From the IMG/VR virus record IMGVR_UViG_3300042731_009409, positions 1 to 29,816 of that record: a stretch of DNA of 29,816 nt; one strand, written 5' to 3'. Under the pieces are notes generated by a model. It was not told the DNA's origin. It saw nothing but the letters and a program-made list of their open reading frames with translations, and made no database searches. A program made the translations under genes and the position numbers. This document shows positions 9,034-16,087 of the stretch, in pieces; the first letter of the stretch is position 1, and the number at the start of each line of letters is the position of its first letter. This DNA comes from a virus.

Positions 9034-9353
9034 AACTAAAGCTTTTGGAAGATTATTTAAATTCAGATACTGGTGACTGTGGCCAACTTATAAAATGGGT
9101 TGTTTGTGACGATTTGGTTTATGCATTGGTTAAAGTTGACAACTTTGTTGATTTATGGAAACATGACGATGTTGAGATAATAGAGGAAAAACTTAGGGTT
9201 TTTTTTAGCGTCGGATGTGTCGAAATATCTGGAAATAAGCCAGAACAAATTTTTGATTTGTTTTTAAATCATAGAAAAGATGTGTTTGAAATTGGAAGTA
9301 AGTGGGAAGTTATAGAGAATAATAACGAACTTAAATTCAAACGTATTTGCTGA
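9030..9353 (+). CDS. hypothetical protein
   Basis: ATG at 9030 overlaps the upstream stop (ATGA). Confidence 0.65.
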   Translation: MKLKLLEDYLNSDTGDCGQLIKWVVCDDLVYALVKVDNFVDLWKHDDVEIIEEKLRVFFSVGCVEISGNKPEQIFDLFLNHRKDVFEIGSKWEVIENNNELKFKRIC

Positions 9354-9395
9354 GAACAAGGGCTTTGTCAAACATGAGTTTGGATATTAAAAAAG

Positions 9396-9578
9396 GTGAA
9401 AAACCTTCGTAATATGTTTTATTATTTAATTTTTCCTTTCTTTTGTTTATTTGTTGTTGTTTTGATATTATTGGGACGGTGGCCTTTTGGCATTTGTTCC
9501 TTTGTTTTGGCCTGGCTGTATTATACAGCCAGGCTTTTTAATGTAAACATTTGTATTATTATGTTTTCGAAGGAATAA
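9396..9578 (+). CDS. small membrane protein
   Basis: Two hydrophobic stretches separated by GRWP. Start uncertain (GTG 9396 or ATG 9414). Confidence 0.5.
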   Translation: MKNLRNMFYYLIFPFFCLFVVVLILLGRWPFGICSFVLAWLYYTARLFNVNICIIMFSKE

Positions 9579-9582
9579 ATAG

Positions 9583-10017
9583 ATGGAAATTCCAAGTTTT
9601 TATACAATTTTTATAATTTTTGCAATTGGTTTATTTTTGCAATTTTGGTTGCACGAAATAAGTCACATTATTTTTGGCCATATTTTTGAGGGCAGAAATC
9701 CAGTCAAAATATGGCCATACCCTCATGTTTATGAAGACAGATTTTATTTCGCAAGATACGAAATGGCCGAACAGACAAGGGGCGGTATGGAATATATGAC
9801 TTGTATAGCACCTTTGGTTTCCGGTTTGTTTTATTATACTTTATCGTTTTTGGTGTTATGGTTAATAAAGGAAAAGAATTTCTATTTATTTTCTTTCGTC
9901 TTTTTTAATGCTTGTGATTGTTTGTTTTTTTGGTATACAGTGTTTTTTGGGAGCCAACAAAGTGATGGAAAGAAATTTTTATATTTTTGGAATAGGAGAA
10001 AAAAATGCCTGAAATGA
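9583..10017 (+). CDS. membrane HExxH protein, M50/site-2-protease-like zinc metallopeptidase
   Basis: HEISH at the end of TM1, IAPL before TM2 (AGP-like position), a third TM, then SDG as a candidate third zinc ligand. Confidence 0.65.
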   Translation: MEIPSFYTIFIIFAIGLFLQFWLHEISHIIFGHIFEGRNPVKIWPYPHVYEDRFYFARYEMAEQTRGGMEYMTCIAPLVSGLFYYTLSFLVLWLIKEKNFYLFSFVFFNACDCLFFWYTVFFGSQQSDGKKFLYFWNRRKKCLK

Positions 10018-10439
10018 AGCTCGATTATATATTAGCGTTGCAATTAACAAACGTAAAAAATGTTGATGAAAAGACACTTATGAGGAAAGTTCGAGAAACG
10101 TTGGAAAACGCAGTGAAAAACGGTTGCATGGTTGATGTGAATTTAAGCAATCATTCAACATTGCAAATTCCTGAAGCCATCAATACGCTAAACGAATGGA
10201 TTTCGAGTGGAATTTTAAAAGTTAAAGAAACGAAAAGTGAAATCTCTTTTGAAATACAGGATAGCGACGCCCTAAATGAAATTATTACAGGATACGAACT
10301 AAATTATCCAGATTTGAAACATTAGGCAAATCGTCCAGGTTGTTAATTCTTTAATGGATGTCAATATAAAAGAGGAAGAAATAGACAAGGAAAGTGTTTT
10401 AACAATTATAAAGATGAAATGGAATAGGAGAAAAAAATG
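9988..10439 (+). repeat. exact 20-nt direct repeat TGGAATAGGAGAAAAAAATG at 9988-10007 and 10420-10439
   Basis: Identical strings, each containing the RBS and ATG of the following ORF. Confidence 0.9.
10005..10325 (+). CDS. hypothetical protein
   Basis: AGGAG RBS, 106 aa. Confidence 0.7.
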   Translation: MPEMKLDYILALQLTNVKNVDEKTLMRKVRETLENAVKNGCMVDVNLSNHSTLQIPEAINTLNEWISSGILKVKETKSEISFEIQDSDALNEIITGYELNYPDLKH

Positions 10440-10627
10440 AAAGCTAGGTTTTGGAAGTGTGATGTTTGTGAAGAAAATTGTCTCTTTATACAACCACTTT
10501 TGCTAGAAGACTCAAAACCATACCGTTGTCCAGATAGGATTGAACAAGAGGATTGGGCAGAATGGGAGGAAATTGACAAGGAAAGCGCTTTAGCAATTAT
10601 GGAAAATTATAAAGATGAAACGGAATA
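10375..10627 (+). repeat. imperfect direct repeat: 10375-10426 copies the 3' end of ORF 10437-10628 (10566-10627)
   Basis: By-eye alignment gives 46 of 52 identical nt plus one 10-nt indel between AATTAT microhomologies. Confidence 0.85.
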
Positions 10628-10628
10628 A
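10437..10628 (+). CDS. small Cys-rich acidic protein
   Basis: AGGAG RBS, CDVC...C...CP. Confidence 0.65.
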   Translation: MKARFWKCDVCEENCLFIQPLLLEDSKPYRCPDRIEQEDWAEWEEIDKESALAIMENYKDETE

Positions 10629-10630
10629 AA

Positions 10631-11290
10631 ATGAATAAAAAAGAGTTGAGAAAAGTATATCCTTTAGTTACTGTGCATGAAGTGGTTCTGTTTATTGTTT
10701 CTTTGTTTTTGTTAATATCAGTTTCTTTTATTGCTTATTTTACAGATTCTGTTTTTGTAGCAAAAGCAATTTTGTTGGGTTCGAGCTTAATTTTGTCGTC
10801 TATTTCAATGTTGATGTCATTAATCCCGTTTATCAAAAGATACAACAATTATAAAAAAACAATAGGATATTCGAACAATATAATGTACATCAACAAAGGC
10901 GAATTTGCCGTTCTAGAGTTTGAAAATTTTCACCCTATAACAAAATTAAACTTATTATCATTGGTCTATAGAGAATTAAAAAACTATGCTCCAATACACT
11001 TTAAACATCCAGAATTAGTTTTGTGTAGTATTAAACGTATTGGGCAGGTAAAATATATTCAATTTGGAGACAAAAGATATAAAAAAGTCCATGGTGTTGT
11101 TCAGTGCGGAAACGAAGTCCAAATTGAATTTTTCAAATACGATATTGTAAAAACTTTTTGTTTGTTGATGCACGAACTTGCTCATGTAATTTTGTTTTAT
11201 AATGGCTATAAAGGCGACCATCACGAAATTATAAGAAAGTGTAGTTTTAAAAAAGTCGCATTGGAAAATGGCTTGGGTAATGATTTATAA
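10631..11290 (+). CDS. membrane-anchored HExxH zinc metallopeptidase-like protein
   Basis: Two N-terminal TM segments, C-terminal LMHELAH followed by GDHH. Confidence 0.65.
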   Translation: MNKKELRKVYPLVTVHEVVLFIVSLFLLISVSFIAYFTDSVFVAKAILLGSSLILSSISMLMSLIPFIKRYNNYKKTIGYSNNIMYINKGEFAVLEFENFHPITKLNLLSLVYRELKNYAPIHFKHPELVLCSIKRIGQVKYIQFGDKRYKKVHGVVQCGNEVQIEFFKYDIVKTFCLLMHELAHVILFYNGYKGDHHEIIRKCSFKKVALENGLGNDL

Positions 11291-12188
11291 AAAATTTAAG
11301 AATTATAGTGGCTTTTTTCATCTTGGAAAAAAACATTGCGAAAAGGATATGGCGAAACCTTATAGAGAAGGAGATAAAATAACTGAACATTTAGAGCGTG
11401 CATCTTGGCTCACTGCACAAGTCGAATCGAGCGGTTTGTTTGGTACTGTAAACAGTTATGACGGCACTGGTATAACTGCTGGCATACATCAAGCAACAGC
11501 TGTTTTTCCAAGGTCGGATTTAAGTAAAAATGCAAGCCAAGGAACATTATGGAAATTATTGTACAATATAATGCAGATCGAAGAGTGTAAAGAACACGAA
11601 TTGTGGCGTGAATTTTATCTCGCCAATTATGAAATTGGCGAATTTGGAATATATAATTTGGATGATGGCTATCTTTTAAATGGTTATAAAATAAGACATT
11701 TTTTTAATAAGAGCGCACAAGGAAGGACACCAGAATCTGGTACAAAATATGAAAGATCTGCCAAATTAGTAAGATTGGTTTCGGATCTTTTCAGCATGGA
11801 AAAAACTTTTCAAATTCAAATACAACATGGTTTTGAATTTTTCGGAAAATTTCTTAAAAGTATCAACGGAGAATACCCCTATATCAACGGAAAATACAAT
11901 ATAAGCCATGTAGATTTAGCTATGTGCACATTGTTGTCTCATTCGGTAAATGCCCCCAGTGTGGCTCGCAAGATGCTTCGGCAAAGTTTTGAGATTGGTG
12001 CGAATACGTCAATCGAGTGGGCATGTAATCTTGTTAGACTGCTTGGTAACAATAAATATGGACGATGGGATGACGATCTTCCAAACGGAAGATACCAAAG
12101 AACCAGATTGTACGCAAAAAGAAGTGGTTTGTGGCCTGAAAGTCTTTTTAAAGATGATGGTGTTATGCCAAAAAACATAAAGGAATAA
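11280..12188 (+). CDS. putative lysozyme-fold glycoside hydrolase (endolysin candidate)
   Basis: VES-x10-YDGTGITAGIHQ resembles the catalytic Glu plus beta-hairpin of the lysozyme/chitosanase (GH46 DGRGYTAG) superfamily. The CDS is solid but the function is tentative. Confidence 0.55.
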   Translation: MIYKKFKNYSGFFHLGKKHCEKDMAKPYREGDKITEHLERASWLTAQVESSGLFGTVNSYDGTGITAGIHQATAVFPRSDLSKNASQGTLWKLLYNIMQIEECKEHELWREFYLANYEIGEFGIYNLDDGYLLNGYKIRHFFNKSAQGRTPESGTKYERSAKLVRLVSDLFSMEKTFQIQIQHGFEFFGKFLKSINGEYPYINGKYNISHVDLAMCTLLSHSVNAPSVARKMLRQSFEIGANTSIEWACNLVRLLGNNKYGRWDDDLPNGRYQRTRLYAKRSGLWPESLFKDDGVMPKNIKE

Positions 12189-12190
12189 AA

Positions 12191-12445
12191 ATGGAAAATT
12201 TAATAATAGAACAACATAATGACAAATGGCTTGTGTTTGATTCGGACGGTGTGTGTATTGGAGAGTCGGATACAGAACATGGTGCATTATCCAGGGCAAA
12301 AGCAAAAATTTTGTTAGATATTAAATTGTTGAAAGGAAAATTTTTTGAGATAGAAAACAAGATACAAGCATTAAAGGTTGACAGTGATTATTTTACGTTT
12401 GGTCTTGATGGTATTGGTGGCGATATAAATGATGCGATCAAATGA
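12191..12445 (+). CDS. hypothetical protein
   Basis: AGGA RBS, 84 aa. Confidence 0.7.
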   Translation: MENLIIEQHNDKWLVFDSDGVCIGESDTEHGALSRAKAKILLDIKLLKGKFFEIENKIQALKVDSDYFTFGLDGIGGDINDAIK

Positions 12446-12785
12446 CGATATTGTAAGATTTGAAAGATATTTTTCAAATCTTACAGAAGAACCCATTTGT
12501 TTGACTAGGAGGCATGCTGATTTTGTTAGGAATGTTTGGTCGGAAATAAACTCATTAATCCGGGATATTGATTTACCAATCGCTTGTCAGTTTGAAAACG
12601 AGTTCAAATTTGTTTGGAACAAGGAGTATTATTATGTTGAGCTAATCATGTATGACAATTGTAAAATTGAATGGTTTATAATCGATCGAAAAGATTATGA
12701 TTGTTTTTTATCTGAAAATTCATCTCTGAATGCGTTTTGTTTGTCATTCATAAACAAGATAAAGGAGAAAGAATGTCTTGGTTAG
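12432..12785 (+). CDS. hypothetical protein
   Basis: Overlaps both neighbours. Start at 12429 or 12432. Confidence 0.65.
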   Translation: MRSNDDIVRFERYFSNLTEEPICLTRRHADFVRNVWSEINSLIRDIDLPIACQFENEFKFVWNKEYYYVELIMYDNCKIEWFIIDRKDYDCFLSENSSLNAFCLSFINKIKEKECLG

Positions 12786-12985
12786 AAGATAAAAAAGAAT
12801 TAGAAGAAACTCTTGGGAACGACGTAGAAGATAGTCTTGTTGTTAATACAATCATTGTATTATCACCGATTCATCAAAATTGCCGTTGTGATATAATACC
12901 AATCCAAAAACATTGTCCGGAAAATAGAGAATATTCTAACTTATATGTCAGAACAAAAGGAAAAAACTTAGTCAACAAGAAATAA
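12773..12985 (+). CDS. small protein with a MuF-like PxHxNCRC motif
   Basis: AAGGAG RBS before ATG 12773, SPIHQNCRCDIIP. Confidence 0.6.
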   Translation: MSWLEDKKELEETLGNDVEDSLVVNTIIVLSPIHQNCRCDIIPIQKHCPENREYSNLYVRTKGKNLVNKK

Positions 12986-13013
12986 AAAGTATTTTAGACG
13001 AAGATAATCTTTG

Positions 13014-13042
13014 TTGGTTTGGAAAACATATTCAAATATAAT
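13014..13042 (+). promoter_or_regulatory. candidate sigma70-type promoter upstream of tmk
   Basis: TTGGTT-17 nt-TATAAT in an intergenic gap. AT-rich background makes chance matches possible. Confidence 0.35.
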
Positions 13043-13058
13043 TTATAAACGAGAAAAA

Positions 13059-13688
13059 ATGTCTATAAAAGGAAAATTTATAGTATTCGAAGGAATAGAT
13101 GGTTCTGGAACAACTACTATCTCAAAATTTATTGCACAAAAATTTAAAAATAGCGTTTGGACTTTTGAACCATCTGACAACGCGATAGGTAAATTTATTC
13201 GTAGCATTTTGCAATACAAAGAAGAAACGTTTTGTAACGAAGCAATCCTTTCTTTGTTTGTTGCCGATAGGGCACAACACACACAAAATCTAATTTTACC
13301 GGCGTTAAATACCGGAAAACATGTTTTTTGTGACCGTTATACTCCTTCTACAATTGTCTATCAAACAATTCCGGGATATTTGTGTAACAAAATGGCAATA
13401 AAGAATATAGAAAACAATATTTCTGATTCGCATGGATGTATAATTCCTGATGTTGTATTTTTGTTAGATTGTGATTTGGATGTTGCAAGAACAAGGAGGA
13501 AAACAAGGAACAGGCCCGAAGAATTGTATGAAACTGATTCGTATCAAAAATGTGTTGCCAAGCAATATAAATATTGGTCGGACATTACTGAAAAATTTAA
13601 TGTGATAAAAATAAATGCCAACAACGATAAAAATAATGTTGTTAGTCAAATTATGTATTATTTAAACCATACTTATAGCTTAGGTTAA
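13059..13688 (+). CDS. tmk: thymidylate (dTMP) kinase
   Basis: FIVFEGIDGSGTTT, FEP, LFVADRAQH, CDRY..ST.VYQ, PDVVFLLD. Confidence 0.93.
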   Translation: MSIKGKFIVFEGIDGSGTTTISKFIAQKFKNSVWTFEPSDNAIGKFIRSILQYKEETFCNEAILSLFVADRAQHTQNLILPALNTGKHVFCDRYTPSTIVYQTIPGYLCNKMAIKNIENNISDSHGCIIPDVVFLLDCDLDVARTRRKTRNRPEELYETDSYQKCVAKQYKYWSDITEKFNVIKINANNDKNNVVSQIMYYLNHTYSLG

Positions 13689-13699
13689 CAAGTATGGTT
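13665..13699 (+). terminator. hairpin spanning the tmk stop codon, possible terminator
   Basis: Perfect 10-bp inverted repeat AACCATACTT (13665-13674) / AAGTATGGTT (13690-13699). No clear U-tract follows. Confidence 0.45.
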
Positions 13700-13831
13700 G
13701 TTGCTAATATTAACGATTAGTTAAAAAACTACTAATAAAGAAAGCAAGGTGAGATATGAGTGGATAGATAGTATATTATTAAAATGCAAATTGTTTTTAA
13801 AACTAAAATTCTATCGGCAAAAGGAAAAAAA

Positions 13832-14668
13832 ATGACAAAATCCGAATTATTAGAAAAATATAAAAATGGAGAAAGAGATTTTTCTGGAGCAGATCTGACA
13901 AGAACAGATCTTAAAGGAGCAATTCTTAGATGGGTAGGCCTGGAAGGAGCAGAACTGGAAGGAGCAGAACTGGAAGGAGCAGAACTGGAAGGAGCAGATC
14001 TGTATAGAGCAGATCTGACAGGAGCAAATCTGGAAGGAACAAATCTGACAGGAGCAGATCTGAGAAGATCAAATCTGACAGGAGCAAATCTGACAGGAGC
14101 AGATCTGAGAAGATCAAATCTGACAGGAGCAAATCTGTCAGGAGCAGATCTATATAGAGCAGATCTGACAGAAGCAGATCTGGAAGGAGCAGAACTGACA
14201 GGAGCAAATCCGGAAGGAGCAGATCTAGAAGGAGCAGATCTTAGATGGGCAGATCTGGCAGGAGCAGATCTGGCAGGAGCAAATCTGACAGGAGCAGATC
14301 TGACAGGAGCAAATCTGACAGGAGCAGTTCTGACAGGAGCAGATCTTAGATGGGCAGATCTGGAAGAAACAGATCTAAAAAACTGCCAACTGCCATCACC
14401 AACTATGGTGTTGTTAGCAGATTGGGGCGAAATTTCAGACAACCTTTGTATTGAACTGATGCGCTATGACGCATCTTGCCATGAAAAACCAGAATTGTTT
14501 GGTATTTGGAAAACAACCGGAGAATGTCCATATGATAATGTATCATACCAAAGAGTATGTAATTTTGCAGAAAGCAAAACATTGTATTCGCCTGGCCCTA
14601 GTAAAAGACCTATTGATTTGATGATTGCTCTAATCAAAGAAAAGTGCAAAGATAGCAATTGGCACTAA
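13832..14668 (+). CDS. pentapeptide-repeat protein with an uncharacterised C-terminal domain
   Basis: N-cap ELLEKYKNGERDF, about 34 xGA(D/N/E)L units, then about 90 non-repeat aa. AAGGA RBS before ATG 13832. Confidence 0.92.
   Translation: MTKSELLEKYKNGERDFSGADLTRTDLKGAILRWVGLEGAELEGAELEGAELEGADLYRADLTGANLEGTNLTGADLRRSNLTGANLTGADLRRSNLTGANLSGADLYRADLTEADLEGAELTGANPEGADLEGADLRWADLAGADLAGANLTGADLTGANLTGAVLTGADLRWADLEETDLKNCQLPSPTMVLLADWGEISDNLCIELMRYDASCHEKPELFGIWKTTGECPYDNVSYQRVCNFAESKTLYSPGPSKRPIDLMIALIKEKCKDSNWH
13883..14392 (+). repeat. 15-nt-period tandem repeat tract, including an exact 45-nt duplication (14041-14085 / 14086-14130)
   Basis: Recurring GGAGCAGATCTGACA / GGAGCAAATCTGACA / GGAGCAGAACTGGAA units. 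Confidence 0.95.
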
Positions 14669-14669
14669 T

Positions 14670-15137
14670 TTATTTGATTGCCAGAGCAATTCCAAAACCA
14701 ACACCAACTACAGCTGTCAAAGCCCAAGGAATCCATTGGTATTTTATTGATTTTTGGTGGTAAGATGATAAATCCGTATACAGATTTTTTTGCATTTTGA
14801 ATTGTTTTAAATACAAATCACCTCGTATTTTCATTTGTTCTGCATTTTTTTTCCAAATTTTTGCGTCATTTTTCAATAACAAATTCTGTTGTTCCAAAAT
14901 ATCAATTTTGTTTTCCAATAATGATGAATATTTAAAAAACAAATGATAATCCTCAAATATTTCGGCGAGAACCAAGCCATCTTTTGGTTTATAACAAATA
15001 TAGTCTTGGCCATTTGAACTTATTTTGATCGGTAACGGTTGGACAATCTCAGTTGGTTTTTTTATGTCTGTTGCGTTGCTCAGCGAGCAAACTAATAACA
15101 TCATCAATACTTGTATTTGTATTATTAATTTTTTCAT
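14670..15137 (-). CDS. putative spanin-like protein (signal peptide, coiled coil, C-terminal TM)
   Basis: MKKLIIQIQVLMMLLVCSLSNA signal, helical middle, C-terminal WIPWALTAVVGVGFGIALAIK. Overlaps the upstream gene by 89 nt. Confidence 0.55.
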   Translation of the reverse strand: MKKLIIQIQVLMMLLVCSLSNATDIKKPTEIVQPLPIKISSNGQDYICYKPKDGLVLAEIFEDYHLFFKYSSLLENKIDILEQQNLLLKNDAKIWKKNAEQMKIRGDLYLKQFKMQKNLYTDLSSYHQKSIKYQWIPWALTAVVGVGFGIALAIK

Positions 15138-15438
15138 GTTTTCCCCGATTATTTTCAAAAATATTTTCAATTTCTTCGTCAAACTTTAATAATTCATCTT
15201 CATTTTCTTTTAGTTTTTCGTTTAGCTTTTTACTCTCTGTTTTATTCTGTTCATATTCGTAATTATATTTTTCGTCTAGTTCGTTTTCAAGACTGTTATT
15301 CCAAAGAAGTTTTTCAGCCATCTTTTTTGGAAACAAAAAAACAAAACAAACAATAATTAAAATTACTACAAATATAAAAGATACAATTTTTAACCACAGT
15401 GGTTTTTCCTTCCACCATTGAATTATTGTGTTTATCAT
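15049..15438 (-). CDS. putative i-spanin (Rz-like)
   Basis: Single N-terminal TM followed by a coiled coil, directly downstream of the holin candidate. Confidence 0.55.
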   Translation of the reverse strand: MINTIIQWWKEKPLWLKIVSFIFVVILIIVCFVFLFPKKMAEKLLWNNSLENELDEKYNYEYEQNKTESKKLNEKLKENEDELLKFDEEIENIFENNRGKHEKINNTNTSIDDVISLLAEQRNRHKKTN

Positions 15439-15761
15439 TTTTTACTCATTAGTTTATCTAATACAACAGGCCCAAGAATCTTTTTGCCCATATGTGCTGA
15501 GAATGCACTCAGAAAGCCAAAAACAAGAGCATTGCCCCATTCCCCATCAGGCCTTATACCGGGAATAAATGAGCCTCCTAGACACACTGCGAGTAGGATA
15601 AAAACGCCAAAGTTTTTCCACAATTTTGTTTTACCCAATAGTTTTGTTTTTCCAGATAATTTTGATACTGGCATTTTACTCAAAAACAACATTATAGTTA
15701 TGGCACATGCAGCTAGGACAGCCATTTCTTTTGTTATTATCTCAAAAAACAAATTATTCAT
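15435..15761 (-). CDS. putative holin
   Basis: 108 aa, three hydrophobic segments, basic C-terminus, located after the tail genes. Confidence 0.6.
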   Translation of the reverse strand: MNNLFFEIITKEMAVLAACAITIMLFLSKMPVSKLSGKTKLLGKTKLWKNFGVFILLAVCLGGSFIPGIRPDGEWGNALVFGFLSAFSAHMGKKILGPVVLDKLMSKK

Positions 15762-16017
15762 CTCTTTCGCCTTTCTTTTTATCCTCTAACATGCGCAAAC
15801 TGATAACCAGATCACACAATTGATCTAGTCTTCCAATTGTTCTATTTTCTTCTATCTTGATTTTCTCAATTTTTTCGCTTAAATTCTTTAATTCTCCGTC
15901 TATTTTTGTTTTTGCAGACAAATTATTTTTTAGCTGTTCCAACAACAACTTCATCGGGTTTGAAATTTTTTCAATCTTTCCGTCTAATAAATCTTGTATG
16001 TATTTTTCATTATTCAT
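15754..16017 (-). CDS. coiled-coil protein downstream of the tail fibre
   Basis: AAGGAAGGA RBS, heptad pattern. Confidence 0.7.
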   Translation of the reverse strand: MNNEKYIQDLLDGKIEKISNPMKLLLEQLKNNLSAKTKIDGELKNLSEKIEKIKIEENRTIGRLDQLCDLVISLRMLEDKKKGERDE

Positions 16018-16053
16018 TTTTTTGTTCCTTCCTTAAAACAAAAACACACAGAA

Positions 16054-16082
16054 AACATAAATCAATTTCTCTAATTTTTCAA
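16054..16082 (-). promoter_or_regulatory. candidate promoter for the lysis cassette
   Basis: TTGAAA-17 nt-TATGTT on the - strand, in the only sizeable gap (about 70 nt) of the - arm. Confidence 0.3.
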
Positions 16083-16087
16083 CAGGT

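Noticed and set aside
11861-11897. 21-nt-period duplication (SINGEY / YINGKY) in the lysozyme-like gene
   Set aside because: A small in-frame duplication with no further structure.
13883-14392. Possible CRISPR-like array
   Set aside because: Contiguous in-frame 15-nt units with no unique spacers.
13732-14442. - strand ORFs with RSAP and LLLSD repeats (also 13926-14207)
   Set aside because: Shadow frames kept open by the low-complexity pentapeptide repeat.
14660-14680. Bidirectional terminator at the convergence of the two arms
   Set aside because: The two stop codons are 1 nt apart and no convincing hairpin was seen.
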